NCBI RefSeq assembly: GCF_009914755.1
Contig: NC_060928.1
Length of the DNA stretch: 64,000 bases
Strand: one strand, 5' to 3'
From: the human T2T-CHM13v2.0 reference genome, Homo sapiens
Part shown: positions 62,531-64,000 of the stretch, piece after piece
How the letters are laid out: each line of letters starts with the position of its first letter
Numbering within the stretch: the stretch's first letter is position 1
Translations under genes and position numbers: made by a program
Notes under the pieces: model-generated
What the model saw: only the letters and a program-made list of their open reading frames with translations
What the model was told of the DNA's origin: nothing
Databases searched by the model: none

Positions 62531-62906
62531 CATGGCTAGCATCACCCTCCTTCCTGGCATTGACACTGTTGATGTGAACCCCAGTTTCACATCTGTCATT
62601 TGTAAATAGGACCATTTTCCCTTTTCGCTCTCCCTTCCATTCACAGGGCTTTTCATTCTCTCTGTTTCTGCCTCCGTTTCAGATATTTACTCACCTTTTT
62701 CTCTCTCACTATGTCTGCCGTGGTCTCCATGAGAGTGCGCCACATAAGATTCCCCCATTAAAAGTCATGAATTGAGTGGCTTTTAGTATACCTGTGGTTG
62801 TGCACATTCAATTTTAATTCGCAATCCATTGTAGAACGTCTTATCACCCCCGACCAGAGAAAAACTCTGTAGACATTAGTCACTCCTCATTCTGTTTCAA
62901 TCCCTC

Positions 62907-64000
62907 AGGGCCTGATGGGAAGGCACTTTCGTCTGTGGGGGACCCATTCCCTGCTTCTCCTTTGCGCGGTTTTTTTTTTTTTTGCTACGATAGATGCCTT
63001 TCCTCTCCTTCCTCAAATCTCACCTTCCCCTCATGTGGCTTCTGTCTGCCTTGGGGTACACCTAGCGGCCCGAGGTGCACTGTGGGATCGAACCAGGGAC
63101 TCCAGGGTCCCTGAGGCCCAGCACGAGGCCTGATGGGAAGATACTTTCGTCCGTTTGGAGGACCCAGTCCCCGCTTCTCCGCGGCTGTGTTTGTTTTTCT
63201 CTGCCCCAGGTGCCTCACCTTCCCCTCTTGTGCTTTTTGCAAGCTTTGGGGTACCCCTAGCGGCCCAAGGCATACCCTGGGCTTGAACCATGGAAGCCAG
63301 GTTCCACAGGGTCAAGCGCAGTGGCTGATGATAAGACACGTTCTTCCTCGGGGACCCAGGCTCTGCTTCTCTGTGGCGTTTTTTTTTCTTTTCTTTTCCA
63401 CAGGTGCCTCACTTTCCCGTCATGGGCTTTCTGCCCGCCTTGAGGTACCCCTAGCCGGCCCGAGGCGCACCCTTGTTTTGAGCCAGGGATGCTAGGGTCT
63501 CCGGGGCCCAGTGTAGGGCTTATGGGTAGGGACGTTCGTCCATGGGGAACCCAGGCCCCACTTCTGGTGGGCGCAGTTTTTTATTTTGTTCTCTGCCCCA
63601 GGTGTCTCACCTTTCCCTCATGGGCCTTCTGTCTGTCTTGGGGTACCCCTAGCGGCCTGAATCGCACCCTGGTCTCGAACCAGGAATGCCAGGGTCCCCT
63701 GTGCCCAGCGCAAGGGCTGATGGGAAGACACTTTCTTCCGTTGGGGATCCAGGCTCCGCTTCTCCGTGGTGCAGTTTTTTTTTTTCTGCCACAGGTGCCT
63801 CACCTCTCCTTCCTCAAACCTCAACTGCCCCTCATGGGATTTCTGCCCTCCTTGTGATACCCCTAGCAGGCCCGGGGCGCACCCGGGGCTCGAACTGGGG
63901 TCTCCAGCGTCCACAGGGCCCAGCGCAGGGACTGATGGGAAGGCATTTTCATCCTTGGGGTACCCAGGCCCAGCTTCTCCTAGGCGCGGCTTGTTTTCTT
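62907..64000 (-). repeat. Inverted copy of the GSATII-like satellite (mirror of 8336-9430), running off the window
   Basis: Spurious ORFs mirror exactly, e.g. 9203-9421 versus 62915-63133 (coordinate sum 72336). Confidence 0.85.

Larger units (their letters stand above)
9431..62906. repeat. Array of nine ~6.0-7.0 kb ACRO1-containing composite units (4 minus, 5 plus); probably the acrocentric 'ACRO' composite repeat
   Basis: Start codons at 12496, 19537, 25703, 31992 (minus) and 35088, 41368, 47667, 53822, 59840 (plus); the same spacer elements recur in each unit. Confidence 0.92.

Overview
Primate (human or great-ape type) repeat-rich DNA, probably an acrocentric short arm, pericentromeric region or subtelomeric duplicon. 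Positions 1-5315 hold L1 relics, a GC-rich degenerate repeat and an Alu arm. Positions 5320-9430 look like a fossil chromosome end: degenerate (CCCTAA)n, TAR1, then a ~190-225 bp GC-rich satellite (probably GSATII). Positions 9430-62906 hold nine ~6.0-7.0 kb composite units, four on the minus strand and five on the plus strand, with the strand switch at ~32355. The satellite reappears inverted at the right end, so the block is a large quasi-palindrome (outer arms map x to 72336-x). Each unit carries an array of the 147-bp ACRO1-type satellite lying entirely inside one long Ser/Pro-rich ORF (896-972 aa in six intact copies; three copies disrupted). The 49-aa monomer parses into seven in-phase heptads resembling the RNA polymerase II CTD (YSPTSPS). 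Intact copies have a TATA box 31 bp upstream of a consensus Inr, a nearly AUG-free leader, a downstream ATTAAA and an exact DUX4-type motif ~535 bp upstream. That motif is mutated or deleted in exactly the three ORF-disrupted copies. The best hypothesis, unproven, is that this 'satellite' is a multicopy, DUX4/embryonic-genome-activation-regulated gene family encoding a Pol II CTD mimic.
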